This document shows positions 63,981-64,000 of a stretch of DNA of 64,000 nucleotides, in pieces. The position numbers and the translations under genes are program-made. Position 1 is the first letter of the stretch. Every line of letters starts with the position of its first letter. The DNA comes from Eledone cirrhosa (Eukaryota), in the NCBI GenBank assembly GCA_964016885.1, contig OZ024757.1:14756001-14820000 (forward strand), in the 5' to 3' direction. Below the pieces are notes generated by a model. It ran no database searches. It was given only the letters and a program-made list of their open reading frames with translations, and had not been told where the DNA came from.

Positions 63981-64000
63981 GACAAATGTATGTGTTAGGA

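Overview
AT-rich eukaryotic DNA, probably cephalopod (octopus-like) judging from its tRNA-derived SINEs and RTE/CR1 remnants; this assignment is an inference. No intact protein-coding gene is recognisable. The window holds about 2.7 copies of a ~22-26 kb tandem macro-unit. Each unit is a strand-asymmetric GA/GGAT compound satellite (4.8, 7.5 and 9.4 kb) followed by a ~16-17 kb mosaic block, in the order A-type, B-type, A-type. The mosaic block contains SINEs, a ~29 bp minisatellite, an RTE 3' end, CR1 remnants, MITE-like inverted repeats, a Penelope-like hairpin carrying a type I hammerhead motif, and three older diverged internal sub-repeats. Main candidates: (1) a cluster of tRNA-sized Pol III-type units with TATA at about -34, A box at +8, a B box, oligo-T ends and covarying D/T arms, but no acceptor or anticodon stem; (2) a hammerhead ribozyme core retained in every unit; (3) a minus-strand GT...AG intron whose ends bracket the variable-length satellite almost exactly. 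The long Ser/Leu/Pro and Glu/Arg ORFs are satellite artefacts.
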